A DNA stretch of 64,000 bases from Acidobacteriota bacterium (GTDB taxonomy: Bacteria > Acidobacteriota > UBA890 > WLXD01): assembly GCA_963666215.2 (NCBI GenBank), contig CAXWPL010000004.1, forward strand, positions 64,001 through 128,000, in the 5' to 3' direction. This document shows, piece after piece, positions 18,184 to 28,225 of the stretch. The position numbers were made by a program, and so were the translations under genes. The notes below the pieces were generated by a model. The model was not told the DNA's origin. It saw only the letters and a list, made by a program, of their open reading frames with translations, and did not search any database. Within the stretch, counting starts at the first letter, position 1. Each line of letters begins with the position of its first letter.

Positions 18184-20343
18184 CTACTGCACCCAGAGCA
18201 TCAGCTCAGCGATGAGCCGGCGGCCGATGATGTCGCCGAACACGTGCTGCAGGATCTGGTCGTCGAAGAGGTTCGTGGCGCGAACCGAGGCCTCGAGCGT
18301 GCCGTCGAGAAACAGATGGCCAATAGAGGCGTTGACGGTGGTGAACGCGTCGGTGGTGCCGTAGAAGCGCGAGTCGAGCACGTCGGTCCAGTAGGCCTCG
18401 CCGACGTAGTTGACCGAAGCGCTGTAGTAGGTGCGATCGACCCAGCCGCTCCAGGCAACATTAAAGCGGGTGGCCGGCGCGATTCCGACCTCAATCTGAG
18501 GGACCCCGGTGACCTCGGGCTCGTCCTGCCAGGAGTAGTTCACTGCCAGCTGCTGGCGGCTGAAGGGACGCGCCGTGACGCCGACTTCGATGCCCTTATT
18601 GACGGTCTCGCCGATGTTCCGGTAGCTGAACAGGTTCGGCAATAGCACCACCGGCAACACGCCCGCCGGCGGGCAGGGCGGCGACGGGGCGCCCGGCAGG
18701 ATGCACACCAACGCGGCGGGGAAACCTGGCGGCGGCGTGAAGAAGGTGTAGACCCCGGCAGGGTAGAAATCGATGTCGTCGGTTGACTCCATACGGTAGG
18801 CGGCAACGTCGACAGAGATGTCGCCGAACACACCGCGATAGCCGATCTCGAACTGATCGAGCGACTCCTCCTTCAGCTCCGGGTTGCCCACGGCTCGCGA
18901 CGCGAACACGAAAGGCCCGGTAGGCAGCGCCACCGCGTTGAAGATGGTGACGTCGAGGAAGTTGTTGATGAGCGAAGGTACCTGGTACGCGCGTCCGAAC
19001 GAGAATCGGAACACGTGGTTGCCGCTCTCGGTGGGGCGCACGAGCAACGCGCCGCGCGGCGACCAAACGGGTTGATCGAGCACGCTGAACCAGTCGACCC
19101 GGGCTCCGGCGTTGAGTGTTACATGGTCGCCGATCTGGATGGTGTGCTGGTTGAAGATGCCGCCCTCAGTGCGCGCATCCTCGCCGGGTGCAATCGACAG
19201 GTCGAACGTCAGCGAGCGGTAGTTGCCGCCATAGGTCATCGCGTCGCGGTCGTTGAACAGAAAGTTCGTGTTCGTCAGCGAGACGTTCGTCGTTGTGGTC
19301 TTGAAGTTGAAGAGCAGGCCGTTCAGCAGGTTGACGCCGTTGCCGTCGAACACGTTGACGTAAACGCGAGCGTTGAGCGCGTCGCGGTTGTAGTCGGCCT
19401 GGACGTTCCAGAAGTTGCTGCCGTCTTCGATGGTGAAGGGACCGATGCCCGTATGAATGATGCCGCCGGTACCCGCGTACCCGGCGCCGAACGAGAGGGA
19501 GGACGTCGGGCCGAGCCGCTTGTCGACGCGAATATCGAACTTCGGCTGCGCGGTGCCGCGGTTGGGGAACAGGTCACGGGGCTGGCCGCTCGGCAGCGGT
19601 CCGGGACGGTCCCATGCGTCTTGAGTGGAGTAGCCGGCGCCGGCGCGGTACGACCAGTCGTCTCGAACGCCCGAGTACAGGATGTTGCCGAAGCCCGTGC
19701 CGCGCTCGCCGCCACCGGCCTTGAGCTTGAAGGCGTTGCCCATCGAGCGCGGCGACTTGGTGATGATGTTCACCACGCCGCTCATCGCGTTCGCTCCCCA
19801 AACCGCCGAGCCAGGGCCACGAATCACCTCGATCTGCTCGATCTCGCTGAAGTCGAGCGGCAGCAAGTCCCAGGCAACGAATCCGAAGAAGTCGAGATAG
19901 GCCGAGCGTCCGTCGATGAGCACCAGCTGCTGGGCGTCGAGAGTGCCTGTGGCGGTGCGCGAGCTCAGGTTGATGTCGCGCGCGCTGGTTTGGACGACGT
20001 TCAGACCCGGGACCTCGCGCAGCAGGTCGGCGTAGTTCTTGGCCGGCGAGATTTCGATTTCCGAGGCGCCGATCACCGTCATCGCCGTTGGCGCATCGAG
20101 CAGCCGTTCCTCCGAGCGCGACGCCGTGACAACGATCACTTCCTCGTACTTCAGGGGAATCGGCTTCTTCTTCGGATCTTGACCCTGCTGGCCAGCTTGG
20201 CCTGCTTGGCCTGACTGCCCGGATTGGCCCGAGGCCCCCGACTGGCCAGAGGAAGATCCCTGAGCAGCGAACGCCGCTGGTGCGATCAACAGCGCGACGG
20301 CGAGCGTGGTGACAAGGGTGGCACCGAGGGTAGATCGCTTCAT
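18184..20343 (-). CDS. TonB-dependent receptor
   Basis: Signal peptide, EVIVVTASR TonB box, plug IEQIEVIRGPGSAVWGANAMSGVVNIITK, terminal NLFD. Confidence 0.92.
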   Translation of the reverse strand: MKRSTLGATLVTTLAVALLIAPAAFAAQGSSSGQSGASGQSGQSGQAGQAGQQGQDPKKKPIPLKYEEVIVVTASRSEERLLDAPTAMTVIGASEIEISPAKNYADLLREVPGLNVVQTSARDINLSSRTATGTLDAQQLVLIDGRSAYLDFFGFVAWDLLPLDFSEIEQIEVIRGPGSAVWGANAMSGVVNIITKSPRSMGNAFKLKAGGGERGTGFGNILYSGVRDDWSYRAGAGYSTQDAWDRPGPLPSGQPRDLFPNRGTAQPKFDIRVDKRLGPTSSLSFGAGYAGTGGIIHTGIGPFTIEDGSNFWNVQADYNRDALNARVYVNVFDGNGVNLLNGLLFNFKTTTTNVSLTNTNFLFNDRDAMTYGGNYRSLTFDLSIAPGEDARTEGGIFNQHTIQIGDHVTLNAGARVDWFSVLDQPVWSPRGALLVRPTESGNHVFRFSFGRAYQVPSLINNFLDVTIFNAVALPTGPFVFASRAVGNPELKEESLDQFEIGYRGVFGDISVDVAAYRMESTDDIDFYPAGVYTFFTPPPGFPAALVCILPGAPSPPCPPAGVLPVVLLPNLFSYRNIGETVNKGIEVGVTARPFSRQQLAVNYSWQDEPEVTGVPQIEVGIAPATRFNVAWSGWVDRTYYSASVNYVGEAYWTDVLDSRFYGTTDAFTTVNASIGHLFLDGTLEASVRATNLFDDQILQHVFGDIIGRRLIAELMLWVQ

Positions 20344-20388
20344 CAAGTACGTCCTCTCAAAGGAACCTGCTGGCCCGCTCAAAGGAAC

Positions 20389-21006
20389 CTAGGTACCGCC
20401 ATCCAGACCAGTGGCGATCGTCTGCAGGAGCTCTTTGTAGTTGGCAATATCGGCGCTGGAGATGTCGGCGATTCGCCTAAAGACGCCGCCAGCGTCACGA
20501 TAGTAGAGATCGGAGATCTCCGCGCCAGAGTCGGTCAACATCGGCTGCCCGAGCCCGTTCCAGCCGTAGTCGGTGGCGCGCACGGTCATCAAGGCGTTCC
20601 GCATGAAGACCTTGTAGGCCGCTTCGGTGTCGCCTCCCTCGAGATGAGTGTAGAACTCGTCGATCGACGAGCCTCGAATCGAGCCGCGCTCGAGGAAGAA
20701 GTAGAGCGGCGTTGTGGTGTCGATTGCCAGCACGATGCTCCGGGACCCTGGGAGAGGCATCACGAAGCGAGTCGACCCTGAGCTCGCCATTGCGTCGCGA
20801 ATGCGACCGAGGAGCGCGTCAACCTCGGCGTCTTGCGCGGCGCTCGCGGCGGTGATCGCCGGACCTGCCAGCACGAACGAACCGAGCGCGACCACCAGAC
20901 CAACCAGAGCCGCGCTTCGTGACCACTGCGACCTATTAGCCGAATAACTCACTGTTGTTACTCCGTCAGAAACCGCCGTGGGCGTAAGGGATGCGCGCGT
21001 TGCCAT
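20389..21006 (-). CDS. Hypothetical exported protein
   Basis: Hydrophobic signal ending ASA-AQD and a protein-like body; start uncertain. Confidence 0.55.
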   Translation of the reverse strand: MATRASLTPTAVSDGVTTVSYSANRSQWSRSAALVGLVVALGSFVLAGPAITAASAAQDAEVDALLGRIRDAMASSGSTRFVMPLPGSRSIVLAIDTTTPLYFFLERGSIRGSSIDEFYTHLEGGDTEAAYKVFMRNALMTVRATDYGWNGLGQPMLTDSGAEISDLYYRDAGGVFRRIADISSADIANYKELLQTIATGLDGGT

Positions 21007-21277
21007 AGCGTTTGTGGTGGGCGGTCTCTCCCGCAGGCACCTGCGTGTCTCAGGCTCGGCAGCTCTCTCGCAAACGCGCCCCACGGTAGCAAAGCGCGGT
21101 GTTGTGCACAACGGTACAAGGGTCGCACGGGACACTACAGCACCGCCAGTCGACCCGAGCGAAGGCCGCCCGAGCTCCGGTCCACTAAAATGACCTGGTA
21201 GGCGCTCGCTGGCGTGTCGTCGTCCCCCGGTGCCTTCTGCAACCTTTCGTTTTATGGCCCAAATGGAACCACCACTC

Positions 21278-22663
21278 ATGTCGCAATCGTCAGATAACGT
21301 CCGCGAGCACATCGACGGCAATCGCGGGCCGTGGCTCGACGAGCTGTTCGAGTTTCTTCGTATCCCCAGCGTTTCCACCGATCGCGAACGCGCCGATCGC
21401 GTGCGCGAGGCGGCCGATTGGCTCGCCGGCAAGCTCGGCGACGCCGGCTGCGCCGAGGTTGAAGTGTGGGAAACGGAGGGACACCCCGTGGTTTACGGCG
21501 CCTGGCGCGGTGCCACCGACGCACCCACCGTCCTCGTTTACGGACACTATGACGTGCAGCCCGAAGACCCCGTCGAGCTCTGGAGAACTGCGCCGTTCGA
21601 GCCCGAAGTCCGCGACGGCAGACTCTTCGCCCGCGGCGCTGCCGACGACAAGGGTCAGCTCTACATCCACGTGAAAGCACTGGAAAGCTGGCTTCAGGCC
21701 ACCGGCACCTGCCCGGCGAACGTGGTGTTCCTTATTGAAGGCGAAGAAGAGGTCGGCAGCCCCAACGTCGAGGCCGTTGTCCGCGAGCACCTCGAGCAGC
21801 TGCGCTGCGACGCCGTGATGGTTTCCGACACCGCCATGTTCGGTCCGGACATGCCGACGCTGTGCAACGGGCTGCGCGGCCTGGCCTATCTACAAATCGA
21901 CGTCGAGGGTCCGAAGGGCGACCTGCACTCGGGCGTCTACGGCGGCACCGTCGTCAACCCTGCCGAGACGCTCGCCAAGATGCTCGCCACGTGCCGCAAC
22001 GCCGACGGCCGCGTGGCGATACCCGGCTTCTACGACAAGGTGCAGACCGTCGATGACGACGAGCGCGCCGCCTGGGCCGACCTACCGTTCGACGAGGAGG
22101 CCTACCGCGAGGATCTCGATGTTGATGCGCTGCTCTCGGTAGAGGGCTTTTCGGTACTGGAAGCGCGCTCGATGCGCCCGACCTTCGAAGTCAACGGATT
22201 GCTCTCGGGCTGGACCGGCGAGGGCAGCAAAACCGTGCTGCCCGCCACAGCCATGGCCAAGGTCAGCATGCGCCTGGTAGCCGACCAGGACCCCGACGAA
22301 ATCGCCGATGCCTTCACGGCTCACATCCACAGCGTCACGCCACCCGGCGTACGCGTGAAGATCAGCCGCATGCACGGCGGCAAGCCCTGGTCGGCACCAC
22401 GCGACCATCCCGTTCTGCAGGCCGCCTCGCGTGCCCTTCACCGCGCCTTCGATGCCGAAACCGTGTTCATCCGCGAGGGCGGTTCGATTCCACTCGTCGG
22501 CACACTCCAAGGCCTCTTCGGCGTTCCGACTGTGCTCATGGGTTTCGGCTTGCCCGGCGACAACCTCCACGCTCCCAACGAGAGCTTCGTCCTCGAAAAC
22601 TTCTACACCGGCGTGCTCAGCGCCGCCTACTTCCTCGAAGAGCTCGCCGGCTCGTCTGACTAA
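21278..22663 (+). CDS. M20 family dipeptidase
   Basis: YGHYDVQP, RGAADDKG, EGEEE, DLHSG, HAPNE. Confidence 0.93.
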   Translation: MSQSSDNVREHIDGNRGPWLDELFEFLRIPSVSTDRERADRVREAADWLAGKLGDAGCAEVEVWETEGHPVVYGAWRGATDAPTVLVYGHYDVQPEDPVELWRTAPFEPEVRDGRLFARGAADDKGQLYIHVKALESWLQATGTCPANVVFLIEGEEEVGSPNVEAVVREHLEQLRCDAVMVSDTAMFGPDMPTLCNGLRGLAYLQIDVEGPKGDLHSGVYGGTVVNPAETLAKMLATCRNADGRVAIPGFYDKVQTVDDDERAAWADLPFDEEAYREDLDVDALLSVEGFSVLEARSMRPTFEVNGLLSGWTGEGSKTVLPATAMAKVSMRLVADQDPDEIADAFTAHIHSVTPPGVRVKISRMHGGKPWSAPRDHPVLQAASRALHRAFDAETVFIREGGSIPLVGTLQGLFGVPTVLMGFGLPGDNLHAPNESFVLENFYTGVLSAAYFLEELAGSSD

Positions 22664-22736
22664 CCCCTCGCGCGATCAGGTCGACCTCGGTCGACATCGG
22701 TCGACACCAGCGCCCGACTCAAGACTGGCTCCACAG

Positions 22737-23099
22737 ATGAAACGCAAGACCTTCCTTCGCAAGATGCGCGATCACCGCCGTGGCGACCGCGAGCTCGAGC
22801 TTCGCGACTCCGAGCAGCGTCGCCGTGTCGACTGGCGAACTCTTCGTGTGGAGTTGCCCGATGACGGCGAGGTGGAGCAGCAGGTGGCCGTCGGCGTGGT
22901 GCTGCTGCGCCCGGAAAACGTCGAGTTGCGTGCCAGCGAGAGCTGCTGGGTGCGGGGTTATCGGCGTTGGGAGAACAACGAGGGCGAGGGGCGGGCCGAG
23001 TTTCAGTATCGGCTGGCGCAGAACGGCAATGAGCCGCCGCCGGGGTCGACTTCGGTGGAGGCGGATGGGGCTTGGATTGCTGAGGGCGACAGGGAGTAG
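22737..23099 (+). CDS. Hypothetical protein
   Basis: 120-aa ATG ORF after the peptidase with plausible composition; no recognisable motif. Confidence 0.45.
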   Translation: MKRKTFLRKMRDHRRGDRELELRDSEQRRRVDWRTLRVELPDDGEVEQQVAVGVVLLRPENVELRASESCWVRGYRRWENNEGEGRAEFQYRLAQNGNEPPPGSTSVEADGAWIAEGDRE

Positions 23100-23132
23100 G
23101 TGGGGGGCGGTGTGATGGGTGTTCTGGGTGGG

Positions 23133-23159
23133 GCGCGGGGAGGAGACACGGGCCTCCCC
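23133..23159. repeat. REP-like hairpin repeat, copy 2
   Basis: GGGGAGG-AGACACGGG-CCTCCCC stem-loop sharing a 19-mer with 251-269. Confidence 0.5.
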
Positions 23160-23415
23160 CCATCCGCGGGATTCTGGCCGTTGCTGGGGAAAGGTGGTGG
23201 TTTCTGACCGAGTTCGAGCAGCTCGTCCTGCTCGCCCTGGTGCGACTGGAGGGGGACGCCTACGGCATGAGCGTTTCCCCGTTCCCCGTTCCCCGGATCT
23301 ACTGCTGCAAGTGAAAGAAATCCTCAGTGATTATTTCTACATCAAAATGAATTAAATCAGGTCTCGAGACCGAATCGGGAGCCCGACCACGGCTGACTTC
23401 GGAGATCTCGCCGGC

Positions 23416-24120
23416 TCACGCGTACAGCTTCACCAGCGCAAGGATGTGGCCCAGCATGAACAGGGGCACGGTGAAGTTGGGCGCCAGGGCCATGGGAAAC
23501 CGAAAGACGATCGTGGAATCGGGCTTGGTCTCGAAGATCCTGAAGGGCGATGGAACCGAGAAAAACATCGAGAGGCCGGCGCCAGTGAACAGTGCGAAGC
23601 CTACCCAGTGCCACGCGATCAAGAAGGCGGGCGTCAAAGCCTGGCTGTCGGCCATGCCGGCCACGAACACCGCGCTCGCCCCGAACAGGAAGTCGGGTAT
23701 CGCCCCGAGCAGGATGAAGTGAAGCGGTAGCTCGCCCTGCCAGTACTTGATGACGGTGCCGATCGCCAATAGCCGGAGGGCATGTATCCACGCCAGCTCA
23801 GCGTGGGTGGCTTGCGAGGCCGCAATCAGAACCCCCTCCCTGCCGACCTCGGTGCCGCAGAACAGGGCAGCTCCGAAGCCGACGACGAGAGCTACGCCCA
23901 CCAGGTTGGAGAGCCGCGGCGCGTGCTTCAGGAGGAAGTCCCTCCTGGCGGCGACCACCCCGGACACCAGCCAGCCCAGCATCACGGCGATCCACACGCC
24001 CACGGTTGCGACGTAGCCGGCTGCCGCGTCATCGGGTCGTAGAAGCCACGACGCGATCCACGCCAACTCGGTGAGTCCCAACCAGACAATCAAGGCTCGC
24101 AGATTCTCGTAGGTGTTCAT
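23416..24120 (-). CDS. Hypothetical integral membrane protein
   Basis: About 7 hydrophobic segments; directly downstream of the NmrA-family gene. Confidence 0.7.
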   Translation of the reverse strand: MNTYENLRALIVWLGLTELAWIASWLLRPDDAAAGYVATVGVWIAVMLGWLVSGVVAARRDFLLKHAPRLSNLVGVALVVGFGAALFCGTEVGREGVLIAASQATHAELAWIHALRLLAIGTVIKYWQGELPLHFILLGAIPDFLFGASAVFVAGMADSQALTPAFLIAWHWVGFALFTGAGLSMFFSVPSPFRIFETKPDSTIVFRFPMALAPNFTVPLFMLGHILALVKLYA

Positions 24121-24163
24121 CTCTGGGTTCCCTCGGCTACGTCGGCTACGTCGCGGGCGGCGG

Positions 24164-25261
24164 TCAGGACGTCGAGCTTGGCAGCAGGTACAGCTCCTGC
24201 CGCTCGGCGTGGGCGCGCCATTCGGGGCTGTCGCTGGCCAGCACGATGTCGCTCAGCACCGGATGCCCGTGGTCTCGTTCCCAGCGATCGAAGCGCGGCG
24301 GTCGGCTCAGCAGCATCCGAGCCATGAATGCCATCGCGCCGAGCTTTCCTGTGTTCGTCAAGCCAGGTGCGATGAGCGACGGGTTGTCGAGGTAGCGCCG
24401 GGCGATCGTCTCGAAGCTCTCCGGCTTGCGACCCGTGATGGCTTCAACGTGGTCGGTCGGTGCGCCGACCTCGAACACACCCTGGCGGATCTCCTCGGCG
24501 TAATGGAGCATCTGTGAGATTTCGAAGTCGGTCACGCCCAGTGTTGTGGCCGCCTTCGCGAACATCCTCGGCGAGCTGTCCTGGTACCGGACCTTGCGTC
24601 CCACGACGCGAGTCAGGATGTCGGCGATATCACCAGGCGACAGAAGCTCAGGACCGGTAGGTCGATACGTCTTGCCAATGTGGCGCGCCGGATCGGCTAG
24701 CACGCCGGCCGCCACCCGTCCGATGTCGCCGTTGAAAGGGGGTGCGTTGCGGCCGTTGCCGAACGGAGCAGCGAGCATGCCCAGGTGCACGATCGCCGGC
24801 AGCCCGAGCAGGTAGATGAAGGCGAAGATCCCCGGATTCACGTGGATGACGTCGACCGTCGGCATCCAGCGGTACAGCTGGTTGGCCATCCAGTGCTCGC
24901 GCGTGACGATGGCCGGATGCGTGGGATGCGGATTCCAGCCACTCATGAGTGCCACGACCTCGAGCTTGGCCTCCTCCGCGGCAAGCGCGAAGAGGCTGGC
25001 GCCGTTGAGCAGGTTGGGCCCGAAGGGTGGACAGTGATACGCGCGTTGCACCCCATCGAGCGCCCTGCGCAGATCCTGAAAGTCGAACAGGTCGCCGGTG
25101 ATGATCTCGGCGCCGGCCTTCTCGAGCGCCGCGCTGCGAGCATCGCGCCGGCGGACGAGGGCCCGGACGGGAAAGTCCTTGCTCAGAAGATCCAGCACGG
25201 CGGCCGAGCCGGTGCGTCCTGCCGCGGCGGTAACCAAAATTCTGGGTTTGCTAGTATTCAT
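24164..25261 (-). CDS. NmrA/atypical SDR NAD(P)-binding protein
   Basis: ILVTAAAGRTGS..VRALVR Rossmann start; DIGRVAA..YRPTGPELLS. Confidence 0.85.
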   Translation of the reverse strand: MNTSKPRILVTAAAGRTGSAAVLDLLSKDFPVRALVRRRDARSAALEKAGAEIITGDLFDFQDLRRALDGVQRAYHCPPFGPNLLNGASLFALAAEEAKLEVVALMSGWNPHPTHPAIVTREHWMANQLYRWMPTVDVIHVNPGIFAFIYLLGLPAIVHLGMLAAPFGNGRNAPPFNGDIGRVAAGVLADPARHIGKTYRPTGPELLSPGDIADILTRVVGRKVRYQDSSPRMFAKAATTLGVTDFEISQMLHYAEEIRQGVFEVGAPTDHVEAITGRKPESFETIARRYLDNPSLIAPGLTNTGKLGAMAFMARMLLSRPPRFDRWERDHGHPVLSDIVLASDSPEWRAHAERQELYLLPSSTS

Positions 25262-25313
25262 GATGGGTCCTTTTGGGTTGTGCGCCCGCCGCTCCATGGG
25301 CTGGCGCTTGATA

Positions 25314-25327
25314 AGTGTAGATACACG
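25314..25327. promoter_or_regulatory. Putative MarR operator upstream of the NmrA-family gene
   Basis: AGTGTAGATACACG (palindromic GTGTA-GA-TACAC), identical to 25860-25873. Confidence 0.7.
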
Positions 25328-25385
25328 TTTCGGAACAAAGGAAAGCGCCGCGCCGCGGTTTTGGCGGGAACGGGACAGATCGCGC

Positions 25386-25820
25386 TCATTTCGATTCATC
25401 CGCGAGGCTCGCAAGCGCCTCGATATCGGCACGCAATCTCGGCCAATCGCCCAGCTCCTGCGTGATCGAGCCCTGAATCCGCTGCCAGAGAGGTATCGCC
25501 GTTTCGAGCGCCTCGCGCCCGGCCGTGGTGACGGCCACCAGCTTGACTCGGGCATCCTGCCCCGCGTCGAGGCGTACAAGACCTTCACGAACCATGAGCT
25601 TGAGGTTGCGCGTCAGCGTCGTCCGGTCGACGCCCATGCCGGCGGCCAGCTCGGTGATCGTGAGGCCGTCCGCGGAACCGGAGATCGACGCGAGGGTGGC
25701 GAATTGTGTGTTGTTGAGCCCGCTCGGTTCCAACGCGCGGTCGTAGGCCTGCGCGAGCAACCGGGCCGCTTTTCGTGTGTTGTAACAGGCACAGGCGCCC
25801 AGATCGGGGCTGGCGTTCAT
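25386..25820 (-). CDS. MarR family transcriptional regulator
   Basis: CACYNTRKAAR..YD..L...GL...QF; HTH ITELAAGMGVDRTTLTRNLK; DAR wing. Confidence 0.92.
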   Translation of the reverse strand: MNASPDLGACACYNTRKAARLLAQAYDRALEPSGLNNTQFATLASISGSADGLTITELAAGMGVDRTTLTRNLKLMVREGLVRLDAGQDARVKLVAVTTAGREALETAIPLWQRIQGSITQELGDWPRLRADIEALASLADESK

Positions 25821-25854
25821 GGATGGTCTCGCTTCGTTCGGTAGCATGGCGACG

Positions 25855-25883
25855 AATATAGTGTAGATACACGCATATGTCAA
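25855..25883 (-). promoter_or_regulatory. Sigma70 promoter of marR with the operator in the spacer
   Basis: TTGACA-17 nt-TATATT on the minus strand; spacer contains GTGTATCTACAC. Confidence 0.75.
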
Positions 25884-26051
25884 CCAGCTCAAACCGGCAT
25901 CCCGCGGATTCGTCTTCCGGTGGCCATCTCATCCCAGTGAGGGGTTTGCCTGAGGAGTCGGCCTGAGGGCGCGATTGTCTGATCCGTTGAGCGCTGAGTC
26001 GACAACCCCTCGAGCCTGTTGTGCGGTATCGATTTTCCTGGGAGGAACAGC

Positions 26052-27266
26052 ATGCGACGACGGCGCCTCGCCGCCCCAATGGTGGCATTCATGATCACCT
26101 CCGCAGTGGCCGCTGCTCCCGCGCGAGTGCAGTCTTCTGAGCCCCAACTCGTGCCGAGCGAGCCAACGTGCGCCGGCTGCTCGATCCGCCTCGAGCGCAA
26201 GGTCACGCTCGCAAGTGAAGCGCTGTTGTGCAGGATCCCCGCCGGGGTCGCCCGCGACAGCAACGGGCGCATTTATGTGGGGCCTGCCTGTGATGAGCAC
26301 CGCTACTACGTTTTCGATGGCGACGGCCGGCTGATGGATGAGCGTGGCAAGCGCCGCGCGTCCGTCAGCCGGCGTAGCGTGCCCGGAGAGATCAACCAGC
26401 TTTGGGTCGACCCGTTGGATCGGCTGCATGTTTACGACGCGTCCGATCGCGAGGTCGTCCTGTCGGCACATGGCGGAACTCTGATGACGAAGACCGGCGG
26501 GCGAGCGCCATTTTCTGTTCTCGCTGTGGGTGACAAGCGCCAGTTGCATCACATCCCAGGCGCCTACCACCCTTCCGGCGAGCCGTTCCACGTGCTCGAC
26601 GATCGCAGTCGTTTGGAGCGTTCGTTCGGCGCAAGCGGCAACCCCGCCGTCGTGGCAGGTGGCGGGGCTAGGGCGGCTGAGCCGGGCAGCGCGGGCGATT
26701 CGAGCGCGACGGGCGCGGCGGGCGCTGTAGGCGCCGCGAGCGCCATGAGCGACTATCGACCGTGGCTCACCAAGCGCTCAATCGCGCGCCACGACGAGAG
26801 CTCGTTCTGGTCGGCTCGGGTCGAAAAATACCGACTCGAGCTTTGGACCCACGACGGTGAGCTGGTGCGCCAGCTACAACGCGACCTCGAGTGGCTCCAG
26901 CCCGGCGCCAGCTCCGGCACCGACCCACCGGAGTGGCCTGAGAACGTGGTGGCGGCGATCCACCAAGATCGCGACGGGTATCTCTGGGTGATGCTCCACA
27001 GGCTGGTCGACGCGTCGGCCGAGCCGGCGATCGACTGGCAGCGCCGCTACGACACTGTCTTCGAAGTCCTCGATCCAGATGCCGGCCTCCTGCTGGCCAC
27101 ATTACAGGTCGATGATCTGTTCGACGGTTGGGTCGACGGGATGCTGCGGACGCTGCGCGAGGGCCCCGACGGCAACTACCGGCTGGAGCTCTGGGAGGCG
27201 GGTCTATGTAAGGAGCCTGGTCCGCATAAAGAGCCTGGTCCGCGTAGAGAGCCTTGTCCGCGGTGA
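26052..27266 (+). CDS. Exported beta-propeller-like protein
   Basis: Signal peptide; NHL-like repeats (VARDSNGRIYV, LWVDPLDRLHVYD, IHQDRDGYLWV); 18-bp x3 repeat at the 3' end. Confidence 0.65.
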   Translation: MRRRRLAAPMVAFMITSAVAAAPARVQSSEPQLVPSEPTCAGCSIRLERKVTLASEALLCRIPAGVARDSNGRIYVGPACDEHRYYVFDGDGRLMDERGKRRASVSRRSVPGEINQLWVDPLDRLHVYDASDREVVLSAHGGTLMTKTGGRAPFSVLAVGDKRQLHHIPGAYHPSGEPFHVLDDRSRLERSFGASGNPAVVAGGGARAAEPGSAGDSSATGAAGAVGAASAMSDYRPWLTKRSIARHDESSFWSARVEKYRLELWTHDGELVRQLQRDLEWLQPGASSGTDPPEWPENVVAAIHQDRDGYLWVMLHRLVDASAEPAIDWQRRYDTVFEVLDPDAGLLLATLQVDDLFDGWVDGMLRTLREGPDGNYRLELWEAGLCKEPGPHKEPGPRREPCPR

Positions 27267-27344
27267 CGCCGAGCTACGGCGGCCTTGCTCGAGTCGACCC
27301 CGTATCGCTCGGGTGCACACCGAATTCGGTACGAGGAGCCGGGC

Positions 27345-28130
27345 TCAGGTCGAGGACTTGCGATAGAGCCGCAGGTGGAAGCGGCGCGTCCATCGTTCTT
27401 GGGCCGCCTCATCGATGAAGTCCATGCGGCAGCCGGCCACGCGCTCCAGCGCTGGTGTGGACGTGGTGAACATGTCGTCGAGCTCGGTGGCGAGAAACAG
27501 CTGGTTGCGGATGCCCGTGTTGGGGTCCTCCACCACCCAGTCGACGAGTGTGTCCGGCTCGCCGGTCGATCGCGCTGACCAGAGCTTGAACTCGCGGTAG
27601 TAGCCGTCGTCGCGGTGGAAGGTGACGAGCATCAACCAGCCGCCGGGTCGCAGCACGCGAGCGATCTCGGCGGCGTAGTGCGCCTGGTACTCGGCCTCGA
27701 CGAGGTTATCGACGGCCGTGATGTCGAGAACGGCACCGACGCTGGCGTCGCGCACGGGGAGCGGCTGGCGCAGATCGTGTTGCGCGGGCTGTGCGCGAAG
27801 CGGGCTCGGCCCGGCTCCGGCGGCAGTGCCAGCGGCAGTGCCGGCGAGGGCGCGCGCCGCATGCCCGGTGATTCGATCGCGGAACTGCCGCAACGCCACG
27901 AGCGAGTGGTCAACGCCGAGCACGACGTGCCCCGCCTCGGCCAGCGGAACGGCGTTGCGACCGCGGCCGCAGGCGCACTCGAGAATCGGGCCGTCGATCG
28001 ACTCGCCACGAGCCGCCAGGTAGCCGAGAAAAAACTGCACACCGCGATCGAGCTCGTCGCGGTACGACGTGGTGTACGCGTGGACCTCGGCGTACTCACG
28101 CTCCCACGCGGCGCGCGCGCTTTGCGTCAT
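27345..28130 (-). CDS. Class I SAM-dependent methyltransferase
   Basis: ILECACGRGRN, GVDHS, RVLRPGG. Confidence 0.88.
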   Translation of the reverse strand: MTQSARAAWEREYAEVHAYTTSYRDELDRGVQFFLGYLAARGESIDGPILECACGRGRNAVPLAEAGHVVLGVDHSLVALRQFRDRITGHAARALAGTAAGTAAGAGPSPLRAQPAQHDLRQPLPVRDASVGAVLDITAVDNLVEAEYQAHYAAEIARVLRPGGWLMLVTFHRDDGYYREFKLWSARSTGEPDTLVDWVVEDPNTGIRNQLFLATELDDMFTTSTPALERVAGCRMDFIDEAAQERWTRRFHLRLYRKSST

Positions 28131-28225
28131 GAGCAACTCAACCGAACCGCCGGATGGGGTCTTTTCTTGGAGAACGGGCAGCTCGCGCTGGCTGCGCGAT
28201 CGACCGATCTTCCCGGAGGATCCCG

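Noticed and set aside
23273-23297. GTT(T)CCCC short repeats resembling the start of a CRISPR repeat
   Set aside because: 7-bp tandem units with no spacers and no cas genes
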